Assembly: GCA_040767965.1 (NCBI GenBank)
Contig: JAXGNR010000004.1
Span: 64,001 to 128,000, forward strand
DNA: 64,000 bases
Direction: 5' to 3'
From: Atribacterota bacterium
GTDB taxonomy: Bacteria; Atribacterota; Phoenicimicrobiia; Phoenicimicrobiales; Stramentimicrobiaceae
The notes under the pieces were generated by a model. That model was not told where the DNA came from and did not search any database. It saw only the letters and a list, made by a program, of their open reading frames with translations. The position numbers were made by a program, and so were the translations under genes. This document shows, one piece after another, positions 39,507 to 49,672 of the stretch. Position 1 is the stretch's first letter. The number at the start of each line of letters is the position of its first letter.

Positions 39507-42296
39507 TTATCTTTTTAATTTTTTAAATTTAAGAAAAAACAGCAAAATTGGTAATAATAATAAAGTATAAATGACGCTAATCAGCATTACACTGCCTATC
39601 AGGATAGCAAATTCAGAAATCATCTTAATCTCTGAAAAAGCCAGCACAAAACACCCGGCAGCTACGGATAATGAATTAAAAAATATAGCACGCCCGGAAC
39701 CGGTCAAGGTGATTGTCGTTACTTCAACAGGGTCAGGTTTTTTTATAAATTCCTGTTTATAGCGGGTAATAAAATGGATAGTGTAATCAATTCCAGCTCC
39801 TATAGCTATACTAGCTACCATCATTGTGCCAATATTCAGGGAAATCCTTGTTATACCCATTATGCCAAAAGCGGTTACAATAGTTAAAAGGATTGGTATT
39901 ATAGAAATAATTCCAATCAATAAGGACTGGAACTGGATAATCAACAATATAAATACTATCAAAAATGCTGCAAACATACTTTTAACCTGCCCATCATAAA
40001 TACTTTTATTCACTTCACTAGTAATTACTGGAATACCGGTAAGCCTGAAGGAAAAACATATATCTCCATCCTGGTCAGGGATACAAGCATAGTCATCAAG
40101 GAGGTACCAGAGATAGTTGGAGTTTTCCTGATTAAGATTTAGATTAAATTTGCTCAACATTTGATCCTTTGCATATTCAACCTTTTTACGTTGGGTAGCA
40201 ATAGTAATAGAGGTGTTAACAATATCTTTCAGGTATTCAGCATCGTATTCGGAAATATCCATTTGCTCAATTATTTTTTCTATAAAGAGTGAATCATCCA
40301 AAGCCGATTGTAGATAATTGCTGATAGCAGGTTCAATTTCTGTAGCAGTTATTCCAAAATCCTCTAATTCTAAAGATGATAGGGTAATTATTTCTTTTAT
40401 AAAATATTCATCTTTTTGAATAAAAAAATTTTCAGCAAGAGCTGCAATGCTATTAAGCTCTATCTTTAATTCTTCCAATTGTGATTTGTTTAACTCCAGT
40501 CCATTTGCCTGCCAGGAGTCGATAATTTCCTGGGTGATATATGGATAATAATATTGTTTCTCAGTCAGGGATAATTGACTTATATCAACTACCTGGATTT
40601 TCTTTGGAATTTGCTGGATGAAGTTTTCTAATTCCTGAATTGATTGTTCGGTATCTGTAGAAACCATTTCTTTTGATCGAATCTGTAATATAGTATCCTT
40701 ATTATTATTGGCAAGCATAGAATTAATATATTCATTATTTTCAGCAAAGAACCAGAGATTATCTATTTTATCAGGATTTGAAGGGATAATTTCTCTGTTT
40801 TCCATGGCATTATTTAATTGTCTGATAAAAATAGCAACAGAGGATGGCTGGGAAAGAGAAGGTAGTCTTTTAGCAAAATTTTGTATTTTATCAATACTTC
40901 TCAAGACATATGGATGTTTTGCATTATCTGTTGTTTCCAGATATACATAAAGAAAATCGACTCCACCGAATTTATCTTTAAAATATTCCATGGATTTGGT
41001 TATTGGATTATTTGTTCCCAACCTGCTTTCAATGGTAGAATCGGTTTTTACCAGACTAGAAGAAATAATAGAAAAAACAAGGATAATAAGAGTTAAAGTT
41101 ACTATAGTTCCTTTTTTATTTAAAACCAGGAGAGTAATTTTTTTTAAAATTTTGCTTACCATATCATCTGCATGGGAAGAAAAATTTTTTGGTATTTTTT
41201 TTGGAGCAAAAATGCTAAAGATGGCTCCTAGCAGGAAAATGATCAAAAGAAAAGAAAGAAAGATACCAATGGTAGTAAAAATGCCAAATTCGGTCATTGG
41301 TCTTACGACCGCTGTAATAAGTGATGAAAACCCCGCCATAGTAGTTAAGGCACTCATGAAAATTGGAATAGAAATAAATTCAATAGTGTTTTCAATAGCA
41401 TCCTGGGCAGAAAGTTTATTTCTCTCTTCGTAATAACGATTAATAAAATGAATTCCATATGCGGTTACCAGAGCAAGCATCAAAACAGGTATAACTGAAA
41501 TAATAATTGTCACTGTTTTGCCTGAAGAGGCCACCAGACTTAAAATCCAGAAAGAGGTCAATAGGGCAATTAAAATAGGTAAAAAAGTACCTTGTAGACT
41601 TCTAAAACAATAATAAAGAATGGCAATTATCACTATTGCTGCTGTGATAGCTAAGGACATATTATTTAAAGCCATTTCTGTAATTTGCACTTCCATAATC
41701 GGGAGTCCGAAATATTCAATTCTTACTATATTTTCCTTGTGTTCATTTAGAATATTCTCTAAATCATCTCTCAGATATGAACCATTTACATTATCAGGAG
41801 ACTCTATCATTATTAAAGCAACCCTGCCATCAGCTGACAGATAATTTTCTTTAATTAAATCATCTCTCAAAGCATCTGCTTTTAGCTGCAAAACATCCTC
41901 TTCGGTTTCCGGGAATAATTCAACAAACTCTTTTACTTCAATACCATAGTCAGTGCCAATTATTTTAGGCATATTTAAAAAGGAATCAACAGAAATAATA
42001 TATTCAGAATGTTGCAGGTTTTCGGTAATTGTTTTAAAATTCTGCAGGTTATCCAGTGTGAATATAGTCTTATGGTATTCAAGAGAAATAAGAGTAAGAT
42101 TTTTATCATACTGACCAAATTTATCTGTTATTTCCTGATAAAAGATAATTTCCGGGTCAGTTTCTGCCAGATACTTGGTGATATCATCTTCTATTCTTAA
42201 ATTATTAATCTGGGTTAATCCTAGAATAGTTATAAATATTATAAAAATAATTATTATTTTTGAGTATTTGGTAATAAACCTGGCTAGCTGTTTCAT
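39507..42296 (-). CDS. MMPL/RND-family transporter
   Basis: Two TM repeats with large extracytoplasmic loops; YGIHFINRY, ALTTMAGF, GAGIDYTIH, GRAI. Confidence 0.9.
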   Translation of the reverse strand: MKQLARFITKYSKIIIIFIIFITILGLTQINNLRIEDDITKYLAETDPEIIFYQEITDKFGQYDKNLTLISLEYHKTIFTLDNLQNFKTITENLQHSEYIISVDSFLNMPKIIGTDYGIEVKEFVELFPETEEDVLQLKADALRDDLIKENYLSADGRVALIMIESPDNVNGSYLRDDLENILNEHKENIVRIEYFGLPIMEVQITEMALNNMSLAITAAIVIIAILYYCFRSLQGTFLPILIALLTSFWILSLVASSGKTVTIIISVIPVLMLALVTAYGIHFINRYYEERNKLSAQDAIENTIEFISIPIFMSALTTMAGFSSLITAVVRPMTEFGIFTTIGIFLSFLLIIFLLGAIFSIFAPKKIPKNFSSHADDMVSKILKKITLLVLNKKGTIVTLTLIILVFSIISSSLVKTDSTIESRLGTNNPITKSMEYFKDKFGGVDFLYVYLETTDNAKHPYVLRSIDKIQNFAKRLPSLSQPSSVAIFIRQLNNAMENREIIPSNPDKIDNLWFFAENNEYINSMLANNNKDTILQIRSKEMVSTDTEQSIQELENFIQQIPKKIQVVDISQLSLTEKQYYYPYITQEIIDSWQANGLELNKSQLEELKIELNSIAALAENFFIQKDEYFIKEIITLSSLELEDFGITATEIEPAISNYLQSALDDSLFIEKIIEQMDISEYDAEYLKDIVNTSITIATQRKKVEYAKDQMLSKFNLNLNQENSNYLWYLLDDYACIPDQDGDICFSFRLTGIPVITSEVNKSIYDGQVKSMFAAFLIVFILLIIQFQSLLIGIISIIPILLTIVTAFGIMGITRISLNIGTMMVASIAIGAGIDYTIHFITRYKQEFIKKPDPVEVTTITLTGSGRAIFFNSLSVAAGCFVLAFSEIKMISEFAILIGSVMLISVIYTLLLLPILLFFLKFKKLKR

Positions 42297-42354
42297 ATTT
42301 TTAAGACTCTCCTGTAAATAACCTGATATTATCTATATAATATAATTATATTGC

Positions 42355-42957
42355 TTATTGGTTGTCCTGTGTCAGTATGCCAAGTATCACGATTTTAGCG
42401 ATCATTTCTATCACTTCTTCTGTCGAATAAGAAAACCGGGAAATTATTTCAGGCGTAGCTACATATTGAACTGCGTTAAGAATAACAAGTACAAGAATAT
42501 CAATATCAATATCTTCACGAACAAGACCATCTATCTTCCCTTGTTTTAGCAACTCCCTTAATTCATTGTTAATCATTTTTTCGCGAAGCTTAATAATTAT
42601 TTGCCATGCTTTTGGATTATTCTTGCGTATGTCCTCAAAGGCATGAATATTAAATTGGGATATTTGGGATTGAATCAAGGAAATAAAGAGTTTGAGGGTG
42701 TTTAATTTGTTTTTAGACTTACCTTTTTCTTTAATAATATCATTAATTTTTTCATTAAATTCAGCAAAAAAATCATATATTGCAGACTCCAGCAATGATT
42801 GCTTGCTTTTAAAAAATCGATAGATTGTTTTTTTACTAATTTGCAATTGAATTGCCAAGGCATCCATGGTTACTTTAGAATAACCAAAAGCAAAAAAGTT
42901 TTTTCTGGCTATTGCTAATATTCTTTTTTTACAGGAGTAATCTTCATTTTTATCCAT
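42355..42957 (-). CDS. TetR/AcrR-family regulator
   Basis: FGYSKVTMDALA...ISKKTIYRFFKSK. Confidence 0.92.
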   Translation of the reverse strand: MDKNEDYSCKKRILAIARKNFFAFGYSKVTMDALAIQLQISKKTIYRFFKSKQSLLESAIYDFFAEFNEKINDIIKEKGKSKNKLNTLKLFISLIQSQISQFNIHAFEDIRKNNPKAWQIIIKLREKMINNELRELLKQGKIDGLVREDIDIDILVLVILNAVQYVATPEIISRFSYSTEEVIEMIAKIVILGILTQDNQ

Positions 42958-43021
42958 AATAAATCATGTTTTTATGTTTTATTTAAAAAATAGAAATTCT
43001 TAAAATTCATAAAATTACCAA

Positions 43022-43086
43022 AAATGGAAACTAATTTAATAGATATAGTTTCCATTTATTATAATTTAACCATAATTACAAGTCAA
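43022..43086 (-). promoter_or_regulatory. tetR-mmpL promoter and TetR operator
   Basis: Minus strand TTGACT-17 nt-TATAAT (43086-43058), followed immediately by the 12-bp inverted repeat aaatggaaacta-N12-tagtttccattt (43022-43057). Confidence 0.85.
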
Positions 43087-43347
43087 TCCGGTATTGTTAA
43101 AAATTATCAGTTTAATGAAAGGTTAATATTAACAAAAAACTTGATTCGGACAAGAAAACAGGTACAATATAATATTGTATGATAAAGCTATGTTTCGAAT
43201 TAAAAAATAGATAAAATAATCCTGGATTAAATATTTTTAAATACCCTTTTTATTTTATTTTTTATTAATTTAAGATATAATATATTGGAAAATATTCTAT
43301 AAATATTTTATGAGTATTAATAATCTTTTAAAAAGGAGTCGATAGTT

Positions 43348-44004
43348 GTGAAGAATATCGGTGTTGTCTTATCAGGTTGTGGTGCTCAAGATGGCAGTGA
43401 AGTTCATGAAGCAACGCTAACTTTGTTATTTTTAGATGAATTAGGAATTAATACCACCTGTTTTGCACCAAACATAGACCAATATCACACAATAGATCAC
43501 AGTGCTGGTAAAATTCAAGATAGGGAAAAGAGGAAGGTTCTAATTGAATCTGCCCGTATTTCAAAAGGTGAAATAACTGATTTGGCTGAAGCAAAACCGG
43601 AAAAGTTAGATGGTTTAATTTTCCCTGGCGGGTTCGGTGCTGCAAAAAATTTATGTGATTTTGCTTACAAACAAGAAAACTGTCAGGTAAACAAGGATGT
43701 TAAAAAAATAATTGAATCAATGCATTCTGCAGGAAAACCGCAGGGATTTATTTGCATTGCCCCAGTCCTTGCTGCAAAAGTATTAGGACCGTTTAGCCCT
43801 CAATTAACTATTGGGAATAACAAAGAAACTGCTGGGCTACTAGAGAAAATGGGTGCAAAACATATAATTACCAAAGTGGAAGATATAGCTTATGATCAGC
43901 AAAATAAAATAGCTACAACTGCAGCTTATATGCTGGGACCTACAATTTCAAAAATAGCAATAGGAATAAGGAAACTTGTTCAAAAAATAGTTGAAACAGA
44001 TTAA
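43348..44004 (+). CDS. elbB: ElbB/ES1-family glyoxalase (DJ-1/PfpI superfamily)
   Basis: LSGCGAQDGSEVHEA, ESARI, PGGFGAAKNL, CIAP, AYM. Confidence 0.93.
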   Translation: MKNIGVVLSGCGAQDGSEVHEATLTLLFLDELGINTTCFAPNIDQYHTIDHSAGKIQDREKRKVLIESARISKGEITDLAEAKPEKLDGLIFPGGFGAAKNLCDFAYKQENCQVNKDVKKIIESMHSAGKPQGFICIAPVLAAKVLGPFSPQLTIGNNKETAGLLEKMGAKHIITKVEDIAYDQQNKIATTAAYMLGPTISKIAIGIRKLVQKIVETD

Positions 44005-44099
44005 AAATAATTTAATTTTAAATAATCAAGTTGCCTTTAGGTTTAAAATAAATCCATTAAAAATAAATTTATTAAATATTAATATTTAATCTTTAAAGA

Positions 44100-44354
44100 A
44101 TGTTATCAAGGAGAATTGAAGTGATCGTGAAGAAGAATGAGAAAAAAGGTTACAACCCTTCTAGAGATGATGTTTATTCAATTAAGGACTTAATAGATGA
44201 TAAGAGAAGAGAGATAAAAGATCTAGAGAGTCATTTACGGAGTTTGCCCAAAAATGATATTATTGAAAATGATGGAGAGACTGAAAGAGATAGGATTAAA
44301 AGACAGATAAAAAGGTTGGAAAAAGAGTTAAAAGGTTTACAAAGAAAATTGTAA
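44100..44354 (+). CDS. Small basic coiled-coil hypothetical protein
   Basis: Open frame; SD aaggag at 44108 suggests GTG 44121 as the start; heptad pattern. Confidence 0.6.
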   Translation: MLSRRIEVIVKKNEKKGYNPSRDDVYSIKDLIDDKRREIKDLESHLRSLPKNDIIENDGETERDRIKRQIKRLEKELKGLQRKL

Positions 44355-44438
44355 AATTAAATTATAAACTGAATTTTTTTGAAGAATGATATAATATAAT
44401 AGAATTAAGGAAAATAGAAAGACGGGAGTTTTAATATA

Positions 44439-44696
44439 TTGAAAGAAAATAACTGTTTAGAAAATAAATATTTGTTAACTATGATGGTAGCCAAAAGAGC
44501 CAAACAACTAAATCAAGGATATAAGCCTTTGTTGGTTGCAGAAGTAAAAAATAACAGGCAATTAGCCTTGAAAGAAATACGAGAAGGAAAAATATATATT
44601 AAGAAGGAGCAGGATAATTTATCTGCTGAAATAGAAGATGAAGGCAATCAGGAAGAATTTGAAGAAGAGATCATAATAGAGTCAAAAGAAGAATAA
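44439..44696 (+). CDS. rpoZ: RNA polymerase omega subunit
   Basis: NKYLLTMMVAKRAKQL...LALKEIREGKI. Confidence 0.9.
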   Translation: MKENNCLENKYLLTMMVAKRAKQLNQGYKPLLVAEVKNNRQLALKEIREGKIYIKKEQDNLSAEIEDEGNQEEFEEEIIIESKEE

Positions 44697-44751
44697 TCTT
44701 GCTCGATAATTATTTTATTTAATTTTTTAATTTAATAAATAGTATTGTTAC

Positions 44752-44797
44752 AATTATAAAAGCCTGTTTTTTTAAAATAAAACAGGCTTTTATAATT
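44752..44797. terminator. Terminator after rpoZ
   Basis: 19-bp inverted repeat aattataaaagcctgtttt/aaaacaggcttttataatt. Confidence 0.8.
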
Positions 44798-44910
44798 TGA
44801 TTATTAATAACTAAAACTTAACTTTCAATATAATAAAAAAAATGTCATAATAAATATTAAATCTAAAGGCAAAAAGGGTATTTTTTTTAGAGGAGAATAA
44901 ATTTATTAAT

Positions 44911-46014
44911 ATGAAAAATAAGTATATAGTTAAAAGTATTCTGTTTTTATTTATTTTTTTGAATGCCATATTAATTTTTTCTTCAACAAAAGCAGCTGAT
45001 TTAGAAATAGGGGGTAAATTCAACACTTCAATTACTGGCTATTACAGTCAAGATTCAGAATTTGCTTATATTCCTCAGGCTAATCTTGATTGGGAACTGT
45101 TTTTACCTCGCTGGGGCAATAATGAAATTCGTTGTGCCGGTAATGTATATACAAACCTGGAAGAAGGCAAGATAGATTTTTTTTGGAAAAAATTATATTG
45201 GAAACATCGTTTTGATAAATTTCATTTGACTGTTGGAAGGCAACCTATATCTTGGTCCTTTGGCTCGTTGTTGAATCCGGTTGATTATTCCTTAGGTGCA
45301 GAAGCCCTGGATAGGGAATATAATGCTAAGTATCAGGATGCATTGGAATTGTATTATCCGATAAATTGGCATACCAGCTTATCCTTAACTGTATCACCTA
45401 TGAGTAATTGGGAAGATTTTAAAATAGGGATCAGAGGGAGAACTTTAGTTAATGATTTTGATGTTGCAGTTCATTTTATCCAGGAGCAAATTAAAAATAA
45501 AGGAAAAGGAACACAACGTTTTGGTATTACTGCAAAAGGTGATTTGGGTAAATATGGAGTTTATGGTTCTTTAGGCTATTACCATGATGAAAAAAAATCT
45601 TATTCATTTTTGCTGGGAGTTGATTATAGTTATTTTTTCCAAACAGGTAGTCGATTATACCTGCAAGCAGAATATTTAACAATTCCCCCTGAAATGTTAG
45701 CACAAATTACTGGCTCAATAATGAATAATGCTCAATATGATATTGAAAAAAACATCCAGTTGTTGGTTACGAATGCATCTTATCAAATAGATGAATTTTC
45801 CAATATAGGAATGACTGTTTTTTATAATGCTTGTGATAATTCAACCATTTTTATGCCCAATTATAGTAACCAGATTAAAGATAATATAAATTTTAAGATA
45901 CAGGCAGGGATAATAAATCAATCAGTTGTTAATACTAATCCAGAAAATAACACAATTGTATCTGATAATAATAGGAGTGGATTTATAGAAATTGGATTTG
46001 ATTATACTTTCTAA
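44911..46014 (+). CDS. Probable outer-membrane beta-barrel protein
   Basis: Signal peptide (STKA), amphipathic aromatic strands, GRQPISW, C-terminal FDYTF. Confidence 0.7.
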   Translation: MKNKYIVKSILFLFIFLNAILIFSSTKAADLEIGGKFNTSITGYYSQDSEFAYIPQANLDWELFLPRWGNNEIRCAGNVYTNLEEGKIDFFWKKLYWKHRFDKFHLTVGRQPISWSFGSLLNPVDYSLGAEALDREYNAKYQDALELYYPINWHTSLSLTVSPMSNWEDFKIGIRGRTLVNDFDVAVHFIQEQIKNKGKGTQRFGITAKGDLGKYGVYGSLGYYHDEKKSYSFLLGVDYSYFFQTGSRLYLQAEYLTIPPEMLAQITGSIMNNAQYDIEKNIQLLVTNASYQIDEFSNIGMTVFYNACDNSTIFMPNYSNQIKDNINFKIQAGIINQSVVNTNPENNTIVSDNNRSGFIEIGFDYTF

Positions 46015-46139
46015 AAAAATTTGTAATTTGATTCAAAACTTATCAGGAAAATAATAATTATGGTATTTGCAAATATAAATGGAAAAAATAATTCTTTAGT
46101 ATATTAATATATTTTGTCAGAAGAGTTAGGTGAAATTAC

Positions 46140-46886
46140 ATGAAAAATATCGGTGACGAGTTTATAGAAAAAACAAAAAAAATCGAAATACACAGCTCGG
46201 ACCAGCAAAGGGGCGTTTTGCCACCTCCTTTGCAATCACCTTATCCCGGGAATCTTCAAAAGATTGAATTGCCCGGAATAAAAGATTTTAAGATAGCGAA
46301 AAAAGATTTATCAGAAGCAATAAATGAAAGACAAAGTATTAGAAATTATCTTGAAAAACCCATGCCCCTAACAGAACTTTCTTATTTGTTATGGTGTACT
46401 CAAGGTGTGAAAAATGTGTTCTCTGATACTTTTACTAAAAGAACTGTCCCCTCTGCAGGTTCACGACATCCACTGGAAACATATTTAATAATTAATAAGA
46501 TAAAGAATCTAACCCCCGGGATATATCGTTATTTAAGCCTGGAGCACAGCTTGCTTAAAATTCAAGAAGACCAGCAAATCATGAATAAAATGGTTAAAAT
46601 ATGTAATAACCAAGCTTTTGTAGGCAGTAGTGCAGTAGTTTTTATATGGAGTGCAGATATTTATAGGGTAAAATGGAGACATGGGGAAAGAGCATATCGG
46701 TATATTTTTTTGGATGCAGGTCATATTGCTCAAAACCTGTATTTATCAGCTGAATGTATTAATTGTGGTGTTTGTGCTGTTTCTGTTTTTTTTGATGATG
46801 AGGTAAACAGTCTTTTATCTTTAGATGGTAAAAAACAGTTTGTAATCTATATGGCTACAGTGGGCAAGAGGGGAGTGAAAAAATGA
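46140..46886 (+). CDS. SagB/ThcOx-like nitroreductase-family protein
   Basis: RQSIRNY, LLWCTQG, RTVPSAGSRHPLETY, YRYIFLDAGHIAQN. Confidence 0.9.
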   Translation: MKNIGDEFIEKTKKIEIHSSDQQRGVLPPPLQSPYPGNLQKIELPGIKDFKIAKKDLSEAINERQSIRNYLEKPMPLTELSYLLWCTQGVKNVFSDTFTKRTVPSAGSRHPLETYLIINKIKNLTPGIYRYLSLEHSLLKIQEDQQIMNKMVKICNNQAFVGSSAVVFIWSADIYRVKWRHGERAYRYIFLDAGHIAQNLYLSAECINCGVCAVSVFFDDEVNSLLSLDGKKQFVIYMATVGKRGVKK

Positions 46887-47359
46887 GAAGGAAAGAAAAA
46901 GAAATAAAAAGTACTAGTGAAATGTATTCAATAATAGGTCAGGCACATTATTGCAATGTTGCTATGAGTAAAGATGATTTTCCTTATCTTGTTCCGATGA
47001 ATTTTGGGTTTTGTGATGATAGCATTTATTTGCATTCTGCAAGAGAAGGGTTGAAAATAGATATTGTAAAAAATAATCCTCAGGTTTGTATAGGGATAGT
47101 TGAAGACGTAAAAATAAAAGAAGCAAAAGCTGCGTGCAAAACAGGTATGCAATTTAAAAGTGTAACTATTTTTGGAAAAGTAGAATTTATAACAGAAAAG
47201 ATAGAAAAAGTAAAAGCACTTGACTGTATTGTACGACATTATTATAAAAATACCTCATCAGATAAAAAGAATGAAATTCAATTCGATGAAGATGCTATTA
47301 ACGAGGTAACTATTCTAAAGGTAAAAATTGAAAATATTACCGGGAAAATGTCATTTTAA
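46883..47359 (+). CDS. Pyridoxamine 5'-phosphate oxidase-like (NimA) flavin-binding protein
   Basis: MRRKEKEI, PYLVPMNFG, YLHSAREG, NPQVC, ITGK. Confidence 0.88.
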   Translation: MRRKEKEIKSTSEMYSIIGQAHYCNVAMSKDDFPYLVPMNFGFCDDSIYLHSAREGLKIDIVKNNPQVCIGIVEDVKIKEAKAACKTGMQFKSVTIFGKVEFITEKIEKVKALDCIVRHYYKNTSSDKKNEIQFDEDAINEVTILKVKIENITGKMSF

Positions 47360-47398
47360 AAACATTTAAATAGATCACCTTTAACAGAGGAGCTATTT

Positions 47399-48322
47399 AT
47401 GCCAATAAAGAATCTAGGTGCAATAGAAAATAATACCTTACTGGGAATTCTGGCAATTTTATTTTGGGGAAGCACTATTGCCTTTTCCAGAAGTTTAACA
47501 GAACAATTAGGTACAATAACAGCAGGCGGGCTGGTTTTTTCCCTAAGTGCATTATTTGCATGGATATATTCACTAAAATGTTCTTTTCATTCATTAAAAA
47601 AAATGATTCACCTATCTTCTAAATATTTGTGGGGATGTGGTATTTTTTTTATAACTTATATGGCTGCCTTATATCTGGCTATAGGATTGTCAAATAGTCG
47701 GCAACAAGCTGTAGAAATTAGTATAATTAATTATCTCTGGCCTGGTTTAACCCTGCTTTTTTCAATACCAATTTTAAAGAACAGGGCCCGATTATTGATT
47801 ATACCTGGTATTATGCTTGGATTTATTGGTGTATATATTGCAATGAACCCTTATCATAGCTTTTCTTTTGGACCATTTATTCAAAATATGAGCAATAATA
47901 GTTTACCATATATTTTTGCCTTTATAGCTGCAATATCATGGGCTTTTTATTCAATATTTGCCAGGAAATGGGCTACCGAAGGCGAAGAAGGAGCAGTGCC
48001 TGTTTTTTTACTACTTACCGGATTAATGTTACTGACACTTAGATTATTCTTTCAGGAAGAATCAATATGGAGCATTAGAACGGTCATTGAACTACTTTAT
48101 ATGGCCATTTTCCCTACATTTCTCGCTTACTCCTTTTGGGATCAGGCTATGCGTCGTGGAAATATTCTATTTGTAGTTTCTATCTCTTATTTTACTCCCA
48201 TTTTATCAGTTTTTATAAGTTCAATATACTTGCAAATCAGCATTGATATTCAATTATGGATTGCTGCATTTTTAGTAGCAACTGGGGCATTTATAAGTAA
48301 AATTTCTATCCGGGAGAAGTAA
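47399..48322 (+). CDS. DMT exporter, YddG-like (aromatic amino acid exporter family)
   Basis: AILFWGS, INYLWP, SYFTPILS, about 10 TM segments. Confidence 0.85.
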   Translation: MPIKNLGAIENNTLLGILAILFWGSTIAFSRSLTEQLGTITAGGLVFSLSALFAWIYSLKCSFHSLKKMIHLSSKYLWGCGIFFITYMAALYLAIGLSNSRQQAVEISIINYLWPGLTLLFSIPILKNRARLLIIPGIMLGFIGVYIAMNPYHSFSFGPFIQNMSNNSLPYIFAFIAAISWAFYSIFARKWATEGEEGAVPVFLLLTGLMLLTLRLFFQEESIWSIRTVIELLYMAIFPTFLAYSFWDQAMRRGNILFVVSISYFTPILSVFISSIYLQISIDIQLWIAAFLVATGAFISKISIREK

Positions 48323-48390
48323 TTATCTCTTTTTTAATTTATTTTTAGAAATAATATTTAAAATGAACAAGCAGAAAGAAGGACATAGCT

Positions 48391-48540
48391 ATGGAAGAAA
48401 GAATGAAAGGTATTATTTTAAAAATGGAGATATTAGAAAAAGCTACTAGGCAACTTTATAGAATATATGCTGAGATTTTTACTGCTGACACTTTATCTTG
48501 GGATCAATTGTCCAAAGAAGAAGAATATCATTTAAAATAG
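48391..48540 (+). pseudogene. 49-codon remnant resembling the N-terminus of a ferritin-like/rubrerythrin protein
   Basis: MEERMKGIILKMEILEKATRQLYRIYAEIFTADTLSWDQLSKEEEYHLK*; SD gaagga; not in the supplied ORF track. Confidence 0.5.
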
Positions 48541-49629
48541 CTGAAAAGGTGATTTCATTTCTTCGCTGGCAACTAATAAGTCTTCAGAAATCCCTGATTT
48601 TGCTAACTGTTTTTTAATTGCCGGAACAAAATGTTTTTCAGTATAAAAGTGTTCAACGTCAATTATATTTAGGCCCATTTCTTTAGCAGTTAGAGCTTCA
48701 TGATGTTTAATGTCCCCGGTGATCAGGAGATCGGCTTTTTTTTGAATAGCTTTGTTTATTAACGATCCACCACCTCCGGTACATAGGGCAATATTTCTAA
48801 TTTGCTGGTTTTGGTTATTTGCTTTGATTGCCCTCAAATAGGGTATATGTAATTTGTCTTTAATTTTTTTACAGATAGTTTCCAGATTTTGCTCTGCGGG
48901 TAATTCGGCAAATAACCCAATACCGGATTTTGACTTGTTCGTCAATTGATAAATATCATAAGCTGGTTCTTCGTAAGGATGATTTTTATGTATAGTAGCA
49001 ATTATCTTATCTGAATCTCTTTCTCGAAAAATTGTTTCAATTTTTACTTCATGAACCAGTTCTCTTTTTCCGGTTTTGCCAATAAAGGGTTTAGTTCCTT
49101 CCATAGGTTTAAAGGATCCTTTGCCTTTTATGGTAAATGAAACTTCAGAATAATTACCGATATTTCCTGCACCCACCAAGAAAAGTTCATTTAAAAGGTT
49201 TTCTTGATATTTTTCAGGAACATATACGGCTAATTTGAAAGTTTTTTCTTTACATTCTTCCAAACAGCCAATTTTTTTTAAACCAAGAAGTTTGCCAACA
49301 TAATCATTTAAACCATTTTCAGCCAGATCATAGTTTGTATGAGCAGAAATCAAGTTTATATGATTATATAATAATTGAAAGATTACTGGATTTTCCTGTC
49401 TTGTAATTTTAGTAAGAGGCCGGAAGAACATGGGATGGTGGGATAAAATGGTATTGCAATTTTGTCTGACTGCTTCTTCTATTATTTCAGATGTAACATC
49501 CAGGCAAATTAGTATTTTGTTTATATTTTCATTAAGATCAGCATACTGTACACCGCTGTTATCATATTCTTCCTGTAAAATAAAGGGAGAAAATCTATCT
49601 ATAACGGATAAAATATCTCTGACTTTCAT
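48532..49629 (-). CDS. Nif3-like dinuclear metal-centre protein (YqfO type, with PII-like insert)
   Basis: YDNSG, SHHPMFF, SAHTNYD, GAGNIGNYS, HPYEEPAYDI, TGDIKHH; start MKVRDIL at 49629. Confidence 0.92.
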   Translation of the reverse strand: MKVRDILSVIDRFSPFILQEEYDNSGVQYADLNENINKILICLDVTSEIIEEAVRQNCNTILSHHPMFFRPLTKITRQENPVIFQLLYNHINLISAHTNYDLAENGLNDYVGKLLGLKKIGCLEECKEKTFKLAVYVPEKYQENLLNELFLVGAGNIGNYSEVSFTIKGKGSFKPMEGTKPFIGKTGKRELVHEVKIETIFRERDSDKIIATIHKNHPYEEPAYDIYQLTNKSKSGIGLFAELPAEQNLETICKKIKDKLHIPYLRAIKANNQNQQIRNIALCTGGGGSLINKAIQKKADLLITGDIKHHEALTAKEMGLNIIDVEHFYTEKHFVPAIKKQLAKSGISEDLLVASEEMKSPFQLF

Positions 49630-49672
49630 AATATATTTCCTTTTTACAGTTCTTAAATTTATAAACAGTAAA

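Noticed and set aside
46140-46886. SagB-like gene as part of a RiPP (azole) cluster
   Set aside because: No YcaO, E1-like protein or precursor peptide nearby; stand-alone SagB-type nitroreductases are common in anaerobes.
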